From Mobula hypostoma (Eukaryota), in the NCBI RefSeq assembly GCF_963921235.1, contig NC_086108.1:103790001-103854000 (forward strand): 64,000 nt of DNA. The letters run 5' to 3'. The notes beneath the pieces are model-generated. The model ran no database searches and was not told where the DNA came from. It was given only the letters and a program-made list of their open reading frames with translations. Shown piece by piece: positions 49,740 to 62,921 of this stretch. Numbering within the stretch: the first letter of the stretch is position 1; every line of letters begins with the position of its first letter. The position numbers and the translations under genes are program-made.

Positions 49740-51100
49740 GTTACATAGAACATAAAACAATAAAGGACAGTACAGGTCCTTTGGCCCACCGTGTTATTCC
49801 AACCCTTTATCTACTCCTATATCATTCCTTCCATATATCCCTCCATTGTTCTATCATCCATGTGCCTAAGAGTCTCAGAAATGTCCCTAACATATCTGCC
49901 TCTACCAGCACCCCAACAGCACATTCCACACACCCACCACTCTCTGTGTAGAAAACCTACCCTTTATATTTTCCACGAAACACTCCTTATATTAACCATT
50001 TTCTGGGAAAAGATCTCTGGCTGTCCACTCTATCTTTGCCTCTTACCATCTTGTACACCTCTATCAAGTCACCTCTCATCCTCCTTCACTTGAAAGAGAA
50101 AAACCCTAGCTCACTCAACCTATCCTCATAAGACACACTCTCTAATCCAGGCAGAATCCTGGTACATCTCCTCTGCTCCCTGCCAAAAGCCTCCACATCC
50201 TTCCTATAATGAGGCGACTCGAATTGAATACAATATTTCAAGTGTGGTCTAACTAAGGTTTTATAGAGTTGCAACATTATCTTGCAGCTCATAAACTTAA
50301 TCCCCCGACTAATGAAGGCCAACACATTATACGTCTTCAAACAACCCAGTCAACTTGCACAGCAACTTTGAGGAATCTAAGGATGTGGTCCCAAGATCTC
50401 TCTGTTCCTTCATATGGTTAAGAACCCTGCCATTAACCCTGACTTTTGCCTTTACATTCTACTTTCCAAACTGAATCTTTTCACACTTTTCCGGATTGAA
50501 CTTCATCTGCCACACCGCAGCCCAGCTCTGCATCTTATCAATTTCCCTTTTAACCTATGACAACCTTCTAACTATCCACAACACCACCAACCTTTGTGTC
50601 ATCTGCTGACTGGCTAATCCACTCTTCCACTTCCTCACCCAAGTCATTTATAAAAATCACAAAGAGCAAGGTCTCAGACAGATCTCTGTGGAACACCACT
50701 AGTCACTGACCACCAGGCAGAATATACACCATCTACTACCACCTTCTGCATTCTGTGGGAAGCCAATTCTGAATCCACTAACCATGTTTCCCTGGATTCC
50801 ATTTCTCCTGACTTTCATGGAGAACCTTGTGAAATATTTTTCTAAAATCCATATACACAACATCTACAGCTCTGCCTTCATCAATGTGCTTTGACACTTC
50901 CTCAAAGAATTTATTTGGGCTTGTGAGGCAAGACCTGCCCCTCAAAAGCCATGTTGACTATCACTAATCAGACTATGATTCTCCAAACTCTTCTATCACA
51001 TCCTTCCTCAGCCTTGGACACTCCAGAAAAAAAAAGTCCAATTTTGTCTTAACCTCTCCTTTAGCTCATACCCTCTAATCCAGGCAGCTTTACAAAGCCT
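49740..51100 (-). mobile_element. Degenerate CR1 ORF2 3' half
   Basis: LQLYKTLVRPHLKYCIQF.SPHYRKDVEA. Confidence 0.75.
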
Positions 51101-51114
51101 CCATATCTATCCTG

Positions 51115-51286
51115 ACAATGCGCCGGAGGAACTCAGCAGGTTAGGCAGCATCCAGAAACGATCAGTCAATATTTCGGGCCGGAACCCTTCATCAGGACTG
51201 AAAAGGGAAGGGGCATAGGCCCTATAAAGAAGGTGGGGGAGGGTGGGAAGCTTTGACCCCAGCATCTGCAGAGCATTTTGTGTTTG
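51115..51286. mobile_element. 172-bp PLE-derived element: inverted hammerhead arm plus direct tail
   Basis: 13-bp TSD CATATCTATCCTG at 51102-51114 and 51287-51299. Confidence 0.78.
51163..51200 (-). ncRNA. Hammerhead motif, second subfamily
   Basis: Reverse complement CAGTC CTGATGA AGGGTTCCGGCCC GAAA T ATT GACTG; stem III still palindromic (ATAT). Confidence 0.7.
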
Positions 51287-51299
51287 CATATCTATCCTG

Positions 51300-51604
51300 T
51301 GTGTTCATCCATCGTCAACGTCGATGACCTCGACACCATTATGATGTCGAGACTAGCGCATGATTTGGATTTAAGTGAGGCAGAGTTGTGCACCGTCAGC
51401 CTCACTCTCTCTTCCCAATTCCCATCTGGATCCAGTGGCAAGACAGAGTCGAGACGGCTGGAGATGGGACTGGGCGCAGTGGATGACCAGGACGTCTTCT
51501 GTGTCTTGTCCTGCTCTACACGTTCCACGACGCTTGCAGAGACCGCCTTCTCGACCATTGGACCTTCCATTGGTCTCATCCGCTCAATCCGCTGGAGTCT
51601 GTAA
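51300..51604 (-). mobile_element. CpG-rich short interspersed element, probably RTE-related
   Basis: Flanked by ATCTATCCT at 51290-51298 and 51605-51613; end resembles the RTE end near 7870-7900. Confidence 0.55.
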
Positions 51605-54600
51605 ATCTATCCTACAAAATGCACGCAATATCATAAATAAACTATTTTTAAGAAAACAGTTAAAACAAACACTTGGTGGCCACTTTATTAGGTACCTCCT
51701 GGTTGTTTTCTTGGGTGATGGTATCTGGGGTGGGGGTGGGTAGTGAGGGGGTCAGAGCCGCAGAGTTATAGAAAAGTACAGCACAGAAACAGGCCCTTCG
51801 ATCCATCCAATCCATGCTGAACCATTACAGAGGTCATGAGAAGCACTGATAAGGTGAGGCGGTCAGGACACGTGGTGGTAGAAATGGAGGCGAGGAATGC
51901 AGATGCAAGTTCAGTGGGGCAGGAGCGAGCAGAAACAATGGGCCTACCTGGACAACAGTCAGGCTTGTGGATCATGGGTAGGAGGTAGAAATGAGCAGTG
52001 CAGTGTAAGGGGGCCAGTAGCAGTGCATGGGTGGATAGAATCAATTTCCCAGGGGACAAATATCAAACATGGGACAATATAGCCTTGAAGTGAGAGGGGA
52101 AAATTTAAACGAGGTGTGCAGGAGAGATTTGTTTTTTTGCGTAGAGTTGTGGGTGCGTGAAATGGGCTGCTGGGTGTAGTAGTGGAAGCAGACATACCAG
52201 TGGCATTTCAGAGGTTGTTGGACAGATCACACGAATAAGCAGGAAATGCTGGGGTATCAATCATGTGCAGGCAGAAGAGATTTAGGGTAATTTCAAAATA
52301 CTTCATGCTTCGAAGTAAAGTTATTGTCAAATTACATATATTTTACCATATATGTAAATAAGGTTGAAAGAGTACAGAGGAAATTTACAGGATGTTGGCA
52401 GGACTGGAGGATCTGAGTTATAAGAAAACATTGAATAGGTTAGAACTTTATTTCTTAGAATGTAGAAGATTGAGAGGAGGTTTCGTAGAGGTCTATGTTA
52501 TGAGGGGTATAGATAGGGTAAACGCAAGTAGATTTCTTCCTCTGAAGTTGGGTGGGACTACAACCAGAGGTCATGGGTTAAGGGTGAAAGGTGCAAAGTT
52601 TAAGGGGAACATGAGGGAAACTTTTCACTCAGAGGCTCGTAACAGTGTGGAACGAGCTGCCAGCGCAAGTGGTGCATGCGAACGTGCTTTCAATGTTTAA
52701 TAGATAGGTATATGGACAGTAGCGGTATGGAGGGCAATGGTCCCCATGCAGGCTGATGGGAGTAGGCAGTTTAAGTGTTTTGGCATGGACTAGATGGGCT
52801 GAAGGGCCTGTTACTGTGCTGTACTTTTCTATGACTCTATATACTACCGTGGGATTCATCTTCTTGCAGGCATTTAGAGGAACAATAAATACAAGAGAAC
52901 GTTATGAAATATCTACATAAACAAAGAAAACAAATACCAAAGTGTAAAAGAAGACAGCCTGTGCAAATAAAAGTAACGCTGAGAACGCGAGTTGTAAAGA
53001 GTCCTTGAAAGTGAGTCTGTAGGTCAAAGAATCAGTTCAGAGTAATCCACGCTGATTAAGAAGCCTGATTTTTGTCGGGAGTAACTGCTCCTGAACCTGG
53101 TGGTGTGGGACTTAAAACTTCTGTACCTCCTGCTCGATGGAAGAAGTGAGAAGAGAGCATAGCCTGGATGGTGGGGTGTTTGATGATGGACGCTGCTTTC
53201 TTGTGGCAGCGCTCCATGTAAATGTACCCAGCGGTGGGGAGGGTTTTGCCTGTGATGGACTGGGCTGTATCTACCACTTTGTGTCCTCTGTTCTGTTCCT
53301 GGGCATTGGTGTTTCCATACCAGGCAGTGGTGCAACCAGTTAGGATACTCTGCACCACACATCTATAGAAGTTCTTCAAAGCTTTTGGTGACTCCCAAAT
53401 CTATGCAAACCTCTAAGAAAGTAGAGGCACTATCGTTCCTTCTTAGCGACGACATTGTGATGACTGTGATTTGGCATTGTGCTTGGCACAGACGCAGTAA
53501 TTTGAGAGGCTTGATCTTGAGCTGTGCTGTTGTATATTCTATTTATGGCATTAACGGGAAAGAGCAGGGATTAATTTTAAAGCATCTGGACTTCTTCAAG
53601 AAGCTGTCATAAGGAGAATGGAGGGAATATCTTGGTAGACCATGAGACAGAGCTTGATGTGCAAAGAGCTGAGACATTGGTCGGACAGCATCTGGAGTGT
53701 TGCGAGCAGTTTAGGACTCCTTATTTAAGTAAGGATGTGCTAGTACTGGAGAGAGTCCAGGAAAGGTTCATGCGAATGATCCTGGGAATGAAAGGGTTAA
53801 AGTACGAGGAGCATTTGATGGCTCAGGGTCTGTGCTCGCTGGAGTTTTGAAGAATGAGGGAGGGATCTCACAGAAACCTTTTGAATATTGAAAGGTTGAG
53901 ACAGAGTGGACGTGGAGAAGATGTTTCCTGTAGTGGGAGAGTCTCGGACTCAATTGCACAGCCTCAGAATACAAGGACGTCCCTTTAGAACAGAAATGAG
54001 GAGGAATTTCTTTTGCCAGAGGGTGGTGATTCTGTGGAATTCGTTGTCCCTGATGGCTGTGGGAGCCAAGTCTTTGGGCATATTTAAAGTAGAGGTTGAC
54101 AGGTTCTTATTAGAAAGAGTGTCAAAGGTCATGGCAGAAAGCGGGAAAGTGGGGTTGAGAGGGATAATAAATCAGCCATGATCAAATGGTGGAACAGACT
54201 CGAAGGGCCAAATGGCCTGATTCAGCTCCTAGATCTTATAGTCTTCTCGTCTTATATTACTGCTGCAACCATCCTGCCGATGGTATCACAGCATTATTCT
54301 GACTGATCCAGACTGGCTTGACTGCCCATTAATTAAAATCATATAAATGTTTACTTACCCAGAATTCTGCTTCAGTTTCAGCCGAGATGTTTTCACAGCA
54401 AAAATCACCAGCATTCAGAGTGTGTAGAACAATTTGTCTGCCATTGCCAAGTCCCCAAACTGTCTGTAACACATCTGCACACTTCCACTACACCAGAGCT
54501 CCCAACCTAACACTACGCCGGGTCCTCCACGGGACAGGTGAGGGACCAAGGTGATGCCAGCATTACTGCAAATTACACATAGAGAATGCAACACACACAA

Positions 54601-54689
54601 AATGAACTCAGCAGGCCTGGCAGCAGCTATGGAGGGGAATAAACAGACTCAAAGAGGATGGATAGTTACCTTATTTATTAATGTCATGG

Positions 54690-57600
54690 GATCCTTGCAG
54701 GTAGGTTTGCTGGCATGGTTCAGGAGGGTTTAAGCTAATTTGCAAGGGGGATGGGACCCGGAGCGATAGAGCAGTGAAAGAAGTGCATGGAGTAAAGCCA
54801 GATCTAACATACAGAGAGGCTTTGAGGAAAGAGAAGCAGAATAAACAGTGTAAAGGTAGGAAGGTAGAAGGGCTAAAGTGTGTGTATTTCAATGCAAGAA
54901 GAATCAGGAACAAAGGTGATGAACTGAGAGCATGGATACATGCATGGAATTATGATATAGTGGCCATTACAGAGACTTGGCTGGCACCAGGGCAGGAATG
55001 GATTCTCAATATTCCTGGATTTCAGTGCTTTAAAAGGGATAGAGAGGGGGGAAAAGGGGAGGAGGGGTGGCATTACTGGTCAGGGATACTATTACAGCTA
55101 CAGAAAGGGTGGGTAATGTAGCAGGATCCTCTTTTGAGTCAGTATGGGTGGAAGTCAGGAACAGGAAGGAAGCAGTTACTCTATTGGTAGTATTCTATAG
55201 GCCCCCTGGCAGCAGCAGAGATACCAAGGAGCAGATTGGGAGGCAGATTTTGGAAAGGTGCAAAAATAACAGGGCTGTTATCATGGGTGACTTTAACTTC
55301 CCTAATATTGACTGGCACCTGATTAGTTCCAAGGTTTCGGACGGGGCAGAGTTTGTTAAGTGTGTCCAGGATGGATTCCTGTCACAGTATGTGGACAGGC
55401 TGACCAGGGGGAATGCCATACTAGATCTAGTACTAGGTAATGAACCGGGTCAGGTCACAGATCTCTCAGTGGGTGAGCATCTGGGGGACAGTGACCACCG
55501 TTCCCTGGTCTTCAGCATTATCATGGAAAAGGATAGAATCAGAGAGGACAGAAAAATTTTTAACTGGGGAAGGGCAAATTATGAGGCTATAAGGCTAGAA
55601 CTTGCGGGTGTGAATTGGGATGATGTTTTTTGCAGGGAAATGTACCATGGACATGTGGTTGATGTTTAGAGATCTCTTGCGAGATGTAAGGGATAAATTT
55701 GTCCTGGTGAGGAAGATAAAGAATGGTAGGGTGAAGGAACCATGGGTGACAAGTGAGGTAGAAAATCTAGTCAGGTGGAAGAAGGCAGCATACATGAGGT
55801 TTAGGAAGCAAGGATCAGATGAGTCTATTGAGGAGTATAGGGTTGCAAGAAAGGAGCTTAAGAAGGGGCTGAGAAGAGCAAGAAGGGGGCATGAGAAGGC
55901 CTTGATGAGTAGGCAAAGGGAAAACCCCAAGGCATTCCTCAATTATGTGAAGAACAAAAGGATGACAGGAGTGAAGGTAGGATCGATTAGAGATAAAGGT
56001 GGGAAGATGTGCCTGGAGGCTGTGGAAGTGAGCGAGGTCCTCAATGAATACTCCTCTTCGGTATTCACTAATGAGAGGGAACTTGATGACAGTGAGGACA
56101 ATATGAGTGAGGTTGATGTTCTGGAGCATGTTGATATTAAGGGAGAGGAGGTGTTGGAGTTGTTAAAATACATTAGGACAGATAAGTCCCCGGGGCCTGA
56201 TGAAATATTCCCCAGGCTGCTCCACGAGGCGAGAGAAGAGATTGCTGAGCCTCTGGCTAGGATCTTTATGACCTCGTTGTCCACGGGAATGGTACTGGAG
56301 GATTGGAGGGAGGCGAATGTTGTTCCCTTGTTCAAAAAAAGTAGTAGGGATAGTCCGGGTAATTATCGACCAGTGAGCCTTACGTCTGTGGTGGGAAAGC
56401 TATTGGAAAAGATTCTTAGAGATAGGATCTATGGGCATTTAGAGAATCATGGTCTGATCAGGGACAGTCAGCGTGGCTTTGTGAAGGGTAGATCGTGTTT
56501 AACAAGCCTGATAGAGTTCTTTGAGGAGGTGACCAGGCATATAGATGAGGGTAGTGCAGTGGATGTGATCTATATGGATTTTAGTAAGGCATTTGACGAG
56601 GTTCCACACGGTAGGCTTATTCAGAAAGTCAGAAGGCATGGGATCCAGGGAAGTTTGGCCAGGTGGATTCAGAATTGGCTTGCCTGCAGAAGACAGAGGG
56701 TCGTGGTGGAGGGAGTACATTTGGATTGGAGGGTTGTGACTAGTGGTGTCCCACAAGGATCTGTTCCGGGACCTCTACTTTTCGTGTTTTTTATTAACAG
56801 ATGTAGGGGTAGAAGGGTGGGTTGGCAAGGTTGCAGATGACACAAAGGTTGGTGGTGTTGTAGATAGTGTAAAGGATTGTTGAAGATTGCAGAGAGACAT
56901 TGATAGGTTGCAGAAGTGGGCTGAGAAGTGGCAGATGGAGTTCAACCCGGAGAAGTGTGAGGTGGTACACTTTGGAAGGACAAACTCCAAGGCAGAGTAC
57001 AAAGTAAATGGCAGGATACTTGGTAGTGTAGAGGAGCAGGGGGGTCTGGGGGTACATGTCCACAGATCCCTGAAAGTTGCCTCACAGGTAGATAGGATAG
57101 TTAAGAAAGCTTATGGGGTGTTTGCTTTCATAAGTCAAGGGAGAGAGTTTAAGAGTCGCGATGTAATGATGCAGCTCTATAAAACCCTGGTTAGGCCACA
57201 CTTGGGGTACTCTGTCCAGTTCTGGTCGCCTCACTATAGGAAGGATGTGGAAGCATTGGAAAGGGTACAGAGGAGATTTACCAGGATGCTGCCTGGTTTA
57301 GAGAGTATGGATTATGATCAGAGATTAAGGGAGCTAGGGCTTTCCTCTTTGGAGAGAAGGAGCATGAGAGGAGACATGATAGAGGTGTACAAGATAATAA
57401 AAGGAATAGTTAGAGTGGATAGCCAGCGCCTCTTCCCCAGGGCACCACTGCTCAATACAAGAGGACATGGCTTTAAGGTAAGGGGTGGGAAGTTCAAGGG
57501 GGATATTAGAGGAAGGTTTTTTACTCAGAGAGTGGTTGGTGTGTGGAATACACTGCCTGAGTTAGTGGTGGAGGCAGATACACTAGTGAAGTTTAAGAGA

Positions 57601-57728
57601 CTACTGGACAGGTATATGGAGGAATTTAAGGTGGTGGGTTATATGAGAGGCAGGGTTTGAGGGTCGGCACAACAATGTGGGCTGAAGGGCCTGTACTGTG
57701 CTGTACTATTCTGTGTTCTATGTTCTAT
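54690..57728 (+). mobile_element. CR1-clade LINE, 5'-truncated, with nearly complete ORF2 (APE endonuclease + RT) disrupted by frameshifts and a stop
   Basis: LKCVYFNAR, AITETW, IMGDFN, LDLVL, GDSDH (APE); KSPGPD, NYRPVSLTSV, IYMDFSKAFD, GVPQGSV.GP, ADDTK (RT); (TGTTCTA)n tail. Confidence 0.95.
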
Positions 57729-57821
57729 CCCAAAGTGCTTTACAGGCAATCAGGTGGTCACAATTATCATGAGGCAAAATTCCACTCAGCAAGCTCACAG
57801 AGAGAGTGCAGGTGGGGAAGC

Positions 57822-57863
<42 letters not shown>

Positions 57864-59099
57864 AAAAATAAAGAAATAGATAGATTGATAGAAGCTGACT
57901 ACTGACTTAACCATGTCCAAGAAGTTGAACCTCCAAAGGTGTAGATTTGGGTTAAAGTTGAGCTTCAGAACAGACACCAGAAGTGAACCCATCTGCTGAG
58001 AATTTCTTCATTGAGTTATATTCAAAGGGGCAGGCAGTGTTTCTGGTAACACCTGTGGTAAGGTACGCAGCTGCTGAAAGCCTAGTGAAATCTTTTTAAA
58101 TCAGCAGGGGGTCTTTGAGAGGAGAGTCTGTGGCTATCTTGCACATAATGAGCACCTTCAGTGATGGTCCAGTTGCTGCCTGTCTTGGCTTTGGCTTTGG
58201 CTTGTAGGAAGTGATGTGATTTCACGTCTGGGATTGATTCCAACGAGTAAGCCGTGGATCACCATAACGCTGCACCCCACCTAGCAGTAGGAATGTACTG
58301 AAGGCTTGAGAAGGTCAGTCCCTGAAGGAAGTGCACTTTGCCCAGACACACTCTGCATGCTGTACATATTGCCAGCACAGTGCAGAGCCAAACTGCCCAA
58401 CGCATCACTGGCACCAGCCTACCCACCTTCAAGCATATATGTACAGAAAGGTGCCAGAATACAGCCAGTAGCATCATGAAGGATCACACCCACCCTGCTC
58501 ATGGACTGTTTGACCCACTCCCAATGGGAGAAGGCTACATAGCAACCCCACCGGGACCACCAGACTCAAAAACACTATCTTTCCCCAAGCAGTAAGGCTG
58601 ATCAACACCTCCACCCACTAACCCAACCACCACTACTTTATCATTTCCTGTCACAGTCACCTTATGTACAGTTACTCCTGTGCCTAGCCTCACTTTATGG
58701 ACATACAATTAAACTGAGTAGATAAGCTATCTTACATATTTATGTTTATTGTTTTTAATTATTGTGTTGTTCTTTATTTTATTGAGGGTTTTTTGTGCTG
58801 TATTGGATCTGGGGTAAGAATGATTTTGTTCTCCTTTACACTTGTGTACTGGAAATGGCATTAATCAATCTTGAGTATTAACGTTGCCAATTACTTAAAG
58901 TTCCCTCTTGCTGCCATCGGTTGTTTGTGCTTATTGATTGAGTTGAGTTTCAGTTCAAGTTTAATTGTCATTCGGCCATAAACATATATACAGCTAAATG
59001 GAACGTTGTTTCTCTGGGGCCAAGGCGTAAAACACAGTACATACAGTCAGACAGAGTACGTATAGTTACAATAGCAGTACAATGCAATGCATAATTTAG

Positions 59100-60060
59100 A
59101 CCATAAGAGACAGGAGCAGAATTGGACCATTTGGCCCATCGAGTCTGTCCTGCCATTCAATCATGCCTGATCTATTTTTCCCTCCTCAGCCCCACTCCCC
59201 GGCCTTCTCCCTGTAACCTTTACGCCATGGCCTATCAATCTCTGCCTTAAATACACCCAATGACCTGACCTCCACAGCTGCCTGTGGTAACAAATTCCAC
59301 TAATTCACCACCCTCTGGCTAAAGAAATTTCTCCACATCTCTATTTTAAATGGATGCCCCTCTATCCTGAGGCTGTGCCCTCTTGTTCTAGATTTCCCCA
59401 CCATGGGAAACATCCTCTCCACATCTGCTCTGTCTAGGCCTTTCAACATCCGAAAGATTTCAAGGAGATGCCCCCTCATCCTTCTAAATTCCAATAAGTA
59501 CAGGCCCAGAGCCATCAAGCATTCCTCATAAGACAACCCTTTCATTCCTGGAATCATCCTTGTGAACCTCCTCTGAACCCTCTCCAATGCCAGCACATCT
59601 TTTTAAGATAAGGAGCCTAAAACTGTTTATACTACTCAAGGTGAGGCCTCACCAGTGCCTTATAAAGCCTCTGCATCACATCCATGCTCTAACATTCTAG
59701 ACCTCTTGAAATGCATTTTAACATTACATTTGCCTTCCTCACCACCGGCTCAACCTGCAAGTTAACCTTTAGAGTGTTCTTCACAAGGACTACCAAGTCC
59801 CTTTGCAACTCAAATTTTTGGATTTTCCCCCTGTTTAGATTTCTTCTACCAAAGTGCATGACCATGCATTTTTCCAACTTTGTATTTCATCTTCTTGCCC
59901 GTTCTCCTAATCTGTCTACGTCCTTCTGCAGCCTACCTGTTTCCTCAGCACTACCTACCCCTCCACCAATCTTCGTATCATCTGCAAACTTGGCAACAAA
60001 GCCATCTATTCCATCATCTAAATCATTGATATACAGCATAAAGAGAAGCAGTCCCAACAA
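59100..60060 (-). mobile_element. CR1 3' fragment
   Basis: LERVQRRFTRMIPGMKGLSYEE...RNFFSQRVVN. Confidence 0.85.
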
Positions 60061-61569
60061 TTTAAAAACACTATATCCTACAATAAGTTATGTATAAAAA
60101 AAGAATCATGCAAAATGGCAGCAAAATAATCGATAGTGTTTTTGTGGGTTTATGGATGGTTCAGAAACCTGATGCTGGAGGAGAGGAGAAGAAGCCGTTC
60201 GTAGACTGCAGGTCTTCAGGCTCCTGTACCTCCTCTCTGATGGTATAGTGAGAAGAGGGCATGTCCTGCATGGGGATTGTCATTGATGGTGGATGCCACC
60301 TTCTGGAGGCATTACTCTTTGAAGGTGTCCTCGATGGTGGTGAGGCTAATGTCCCTGATGGAGCTGGCTGAGATTCCCACTTTCTGCAGCTTTTTCTGAT
60401 CCTGTGCTTTGGCGCCTCCATACCGGACGGTGCTGCAACCAATTAGAATGCTCTCCACCGCAGATCTGTAGAAATTTGCAGAGTCCGGTGACAAACCAAA
60501 TCTCCTCAAACTCCTAATGAAATATAGCCGCTGGACTGCCTTCTTTGTAACTGTATCAATATGTTGGGCCCAGGATAGATTTTCGGAGACGTTAATATCC
60601 TGAAGCTTAAAGCTGCTTACCCAAATCTACAATCTCTGCTCCAGGAAGGAGAGAATAAGAGTGACATGGGAACACCACTACCTGTAGTTCCCCCTTCAAT
60701 CATCAGTGCTGAGTTCCTCCAGCATATTGTGTGTTGTATCCAGATTCCAGCATACGCAGCCTCTTGTGTCTATGAACCACAGTAGTGTAGCAGTTAGTGC
60801 GGCACTATTTCATCTCGGGGTGTCAGAGTTCAGAGTTCAGTTCTGGTGTCACCTGTAAGGAGTCTGTGGAATGTGTGGGTCTCCTCCGGGTGCTCCAGTT
60901 TCCGCCCACAGCTCAAAGACATACCAGTTAATTGGTCAATGTACATTGTCCTCTGATTAGGCTAGGGTTAAATCAAGGGTTGCGGGGGGCACCCAGAGCT
61001 TGAAGGGTCAGAAGAGCCTGTTCCATGCTTTATCTCAATAAATAAATCACTACAGATAAACTCCATAACCATGTTGCACTCAAGTGAACTTTTTTGTTCT
61101 CATTTTTGTTCTATTTTTGTTCAATTTTCTTTCAAGAGAATCTGTATAAAATTGATATATAATTTATGTTTTCTTGTGAATTCATGTGCCTGTGATGCTG
61201 CTGCAGGTAAGTTTTTCATCGCACCTGTACAGTCAAGTACTTGTTCATATGACAGTAAACTTCACTTTGACTTGGACTATTAAAGTTCAAAGTAAATTAA
61301 TTATCAAAGTCGGTAATGCTGCATGTTACCATATATCAACGGGAATTCATGCTCTTACAGGCATAAAGAAATAAATTAGTGTTTATGAGCAGCAGAGACT
61401 GACAAACAACCAGTGTGCAAAAGGAGTGAAATTGTGAAAATAATAAAATAAGAGAACATGAGTTGTAAAGAATCCTTCAGAGAGAGTCTGTGGATCGTAG
61501 AATCAGTTCAGAGTTGTGGAGAGTTAAGTTATCAACACTGGTTCTCCTAAAGGGTGACTTATCTCACTA

Positions 61570-62420
61570 AAGAGAGGCTACAGAAGGACTTCAACAGATT
61601 AGAAAAATGGGCACAGAAGTGGCAGATGGAATACAGTGTCGGGAAGTGTATGGTCATGCACTTTGGTAGGAAAAGTAAAAGGACAGACTATTTTCTAAAT
61701 GGAGAGAAAATTCAAAAATCTGAGGTGCAAAGGAACTTGGTAGTCCTTGTACAGGATTCCTTAAAGATTAATTTGCAGGAGGAGTCAGTGGTGAGGAAGG
61801 CAAGTGTGATGTTAGCATTGATTTCAAGAGGACTAGAATATAAAAGCAACCATGTAATGTTGAGGTTCTGTAAAGCACTGGTGAGGCCTCACTTGGAGTA
61901 TTGTGAGAGGTTTTGAACCCCTCCTGACATTGGAGAGGGTTCAAAGGAGGTTCACAAAAACGATTCTGGGATTGAAGGGCTTGTCATATGAAAAGTGTTT
62001 GATGGTTCTGAGTCAATACTCACTAGAATTCAGAAGAATCAGGGGTGGCCTCATTGAAACCTATCGGATGTTGAAAGACCTTGATAGAGTGGATGTAGAG
62101 AGCACACTTCCTATGGTGGGAGAGTCTAAGACTAGAGGACACAGCCTTAGAATAGAGGCGTCTTTTTAGAATGAAGATGAGGAGGAATTTCTTTAGCCAG
62201 AGAGTGGTGAATCTGTGGAATTCTTTGGCCATAGGCATCTGTGGAAGCCAAGTCATTGGATATATTTAAAACAGAAGTTGGTATATTTTTGATTAGTTGG
62301 GGCATGAAGGGTTATGAGGAGAAGCCAGGAGATTGGGGCGGAGAGTGAAATAGATCAGCCATGATGAAATAGTGGAGCAGGCTCAATGGCCAACTGCTCC
62401 TATACCTTATGGTCTTATAG
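61570..62420 (+). mobile_element. CR1 3' fragment
   Basis: LQKDFNRLEKWAQKWQMEYSVGKCMVMHFG...LVRPHLEYC. Confidence 0.85.
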
Positions 62421-62625
62421 TCTTATTCTCTGCTAATTACAAGGCAAGGGAGTCATATGAATCTCCACTCAAGATACTTGATACCAACTATGGCACAATT
62501 GGTTTCCAGTTTACGACCTAAAATGTTAATTCTCACACCACTAGGTTCAAGAACTTCCCTTCAACCATTCAGTTCGTGCACCAACATGCAGAACCCACAT
62601 CAATGCAATTTATCAACACCAAACT

Positions 62626-62921
62626 GGGTGGCACGGCAGCATAGTGGTTAACAAAATGCCTTACAGTACAGGCAACCCGGGTTCAATTCCTGCCACTGCC
62701 TGTAAGGAGTTTGTACATTCTGCCCGTGACCGCGTGGGTTTCTTCCAATTGCTCCGGTTTCCTCCCACAGTCCAAAAACATACTGGCTGGTAGGCTAATT
62801 GATCATTGTAAATTGTACTGTGACCAGGCTGAGGTCAAAACGGGGGATTGCTAGGCAGCGTGGTCCAAAAGGCTGGAAGGGCCTATTCTGCGCTGTACCG
62901 CAATAAATCATAAATAAATAA
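62626..62921 (+). mobile_element. tRNA-derived V-SINE (HE1-like); other copies near 1320-1575, 4255-4530, 4940-5190, 17920-18150, 24265-24570, 39020-39300, 60780-61045
   Basis: A-box-like AGCATAGTGG, B box GGTTCAATTCC, V-domain GTGGGTTTC...GCTCCGGTTTCCTCCCACAGTCCAAA, (TAAA)n tail. Confidence 0.8.

Noticed and set aside
51163..51200. Stem III ACGT to ATAT and stem II CCC/CCT changes as compensatory covariation proving selection
   Set aside because: Both changes are equally explained by CpG deamination, so they are not independent evidence
54359..54565. Candidate - strand exon (TGCAG acceptor, GTAAGT donor) in unique sequence
   Set aside because: Stops in all three frames, weak pyrimidine tract and no partner exons; cannot be supported without RNA data
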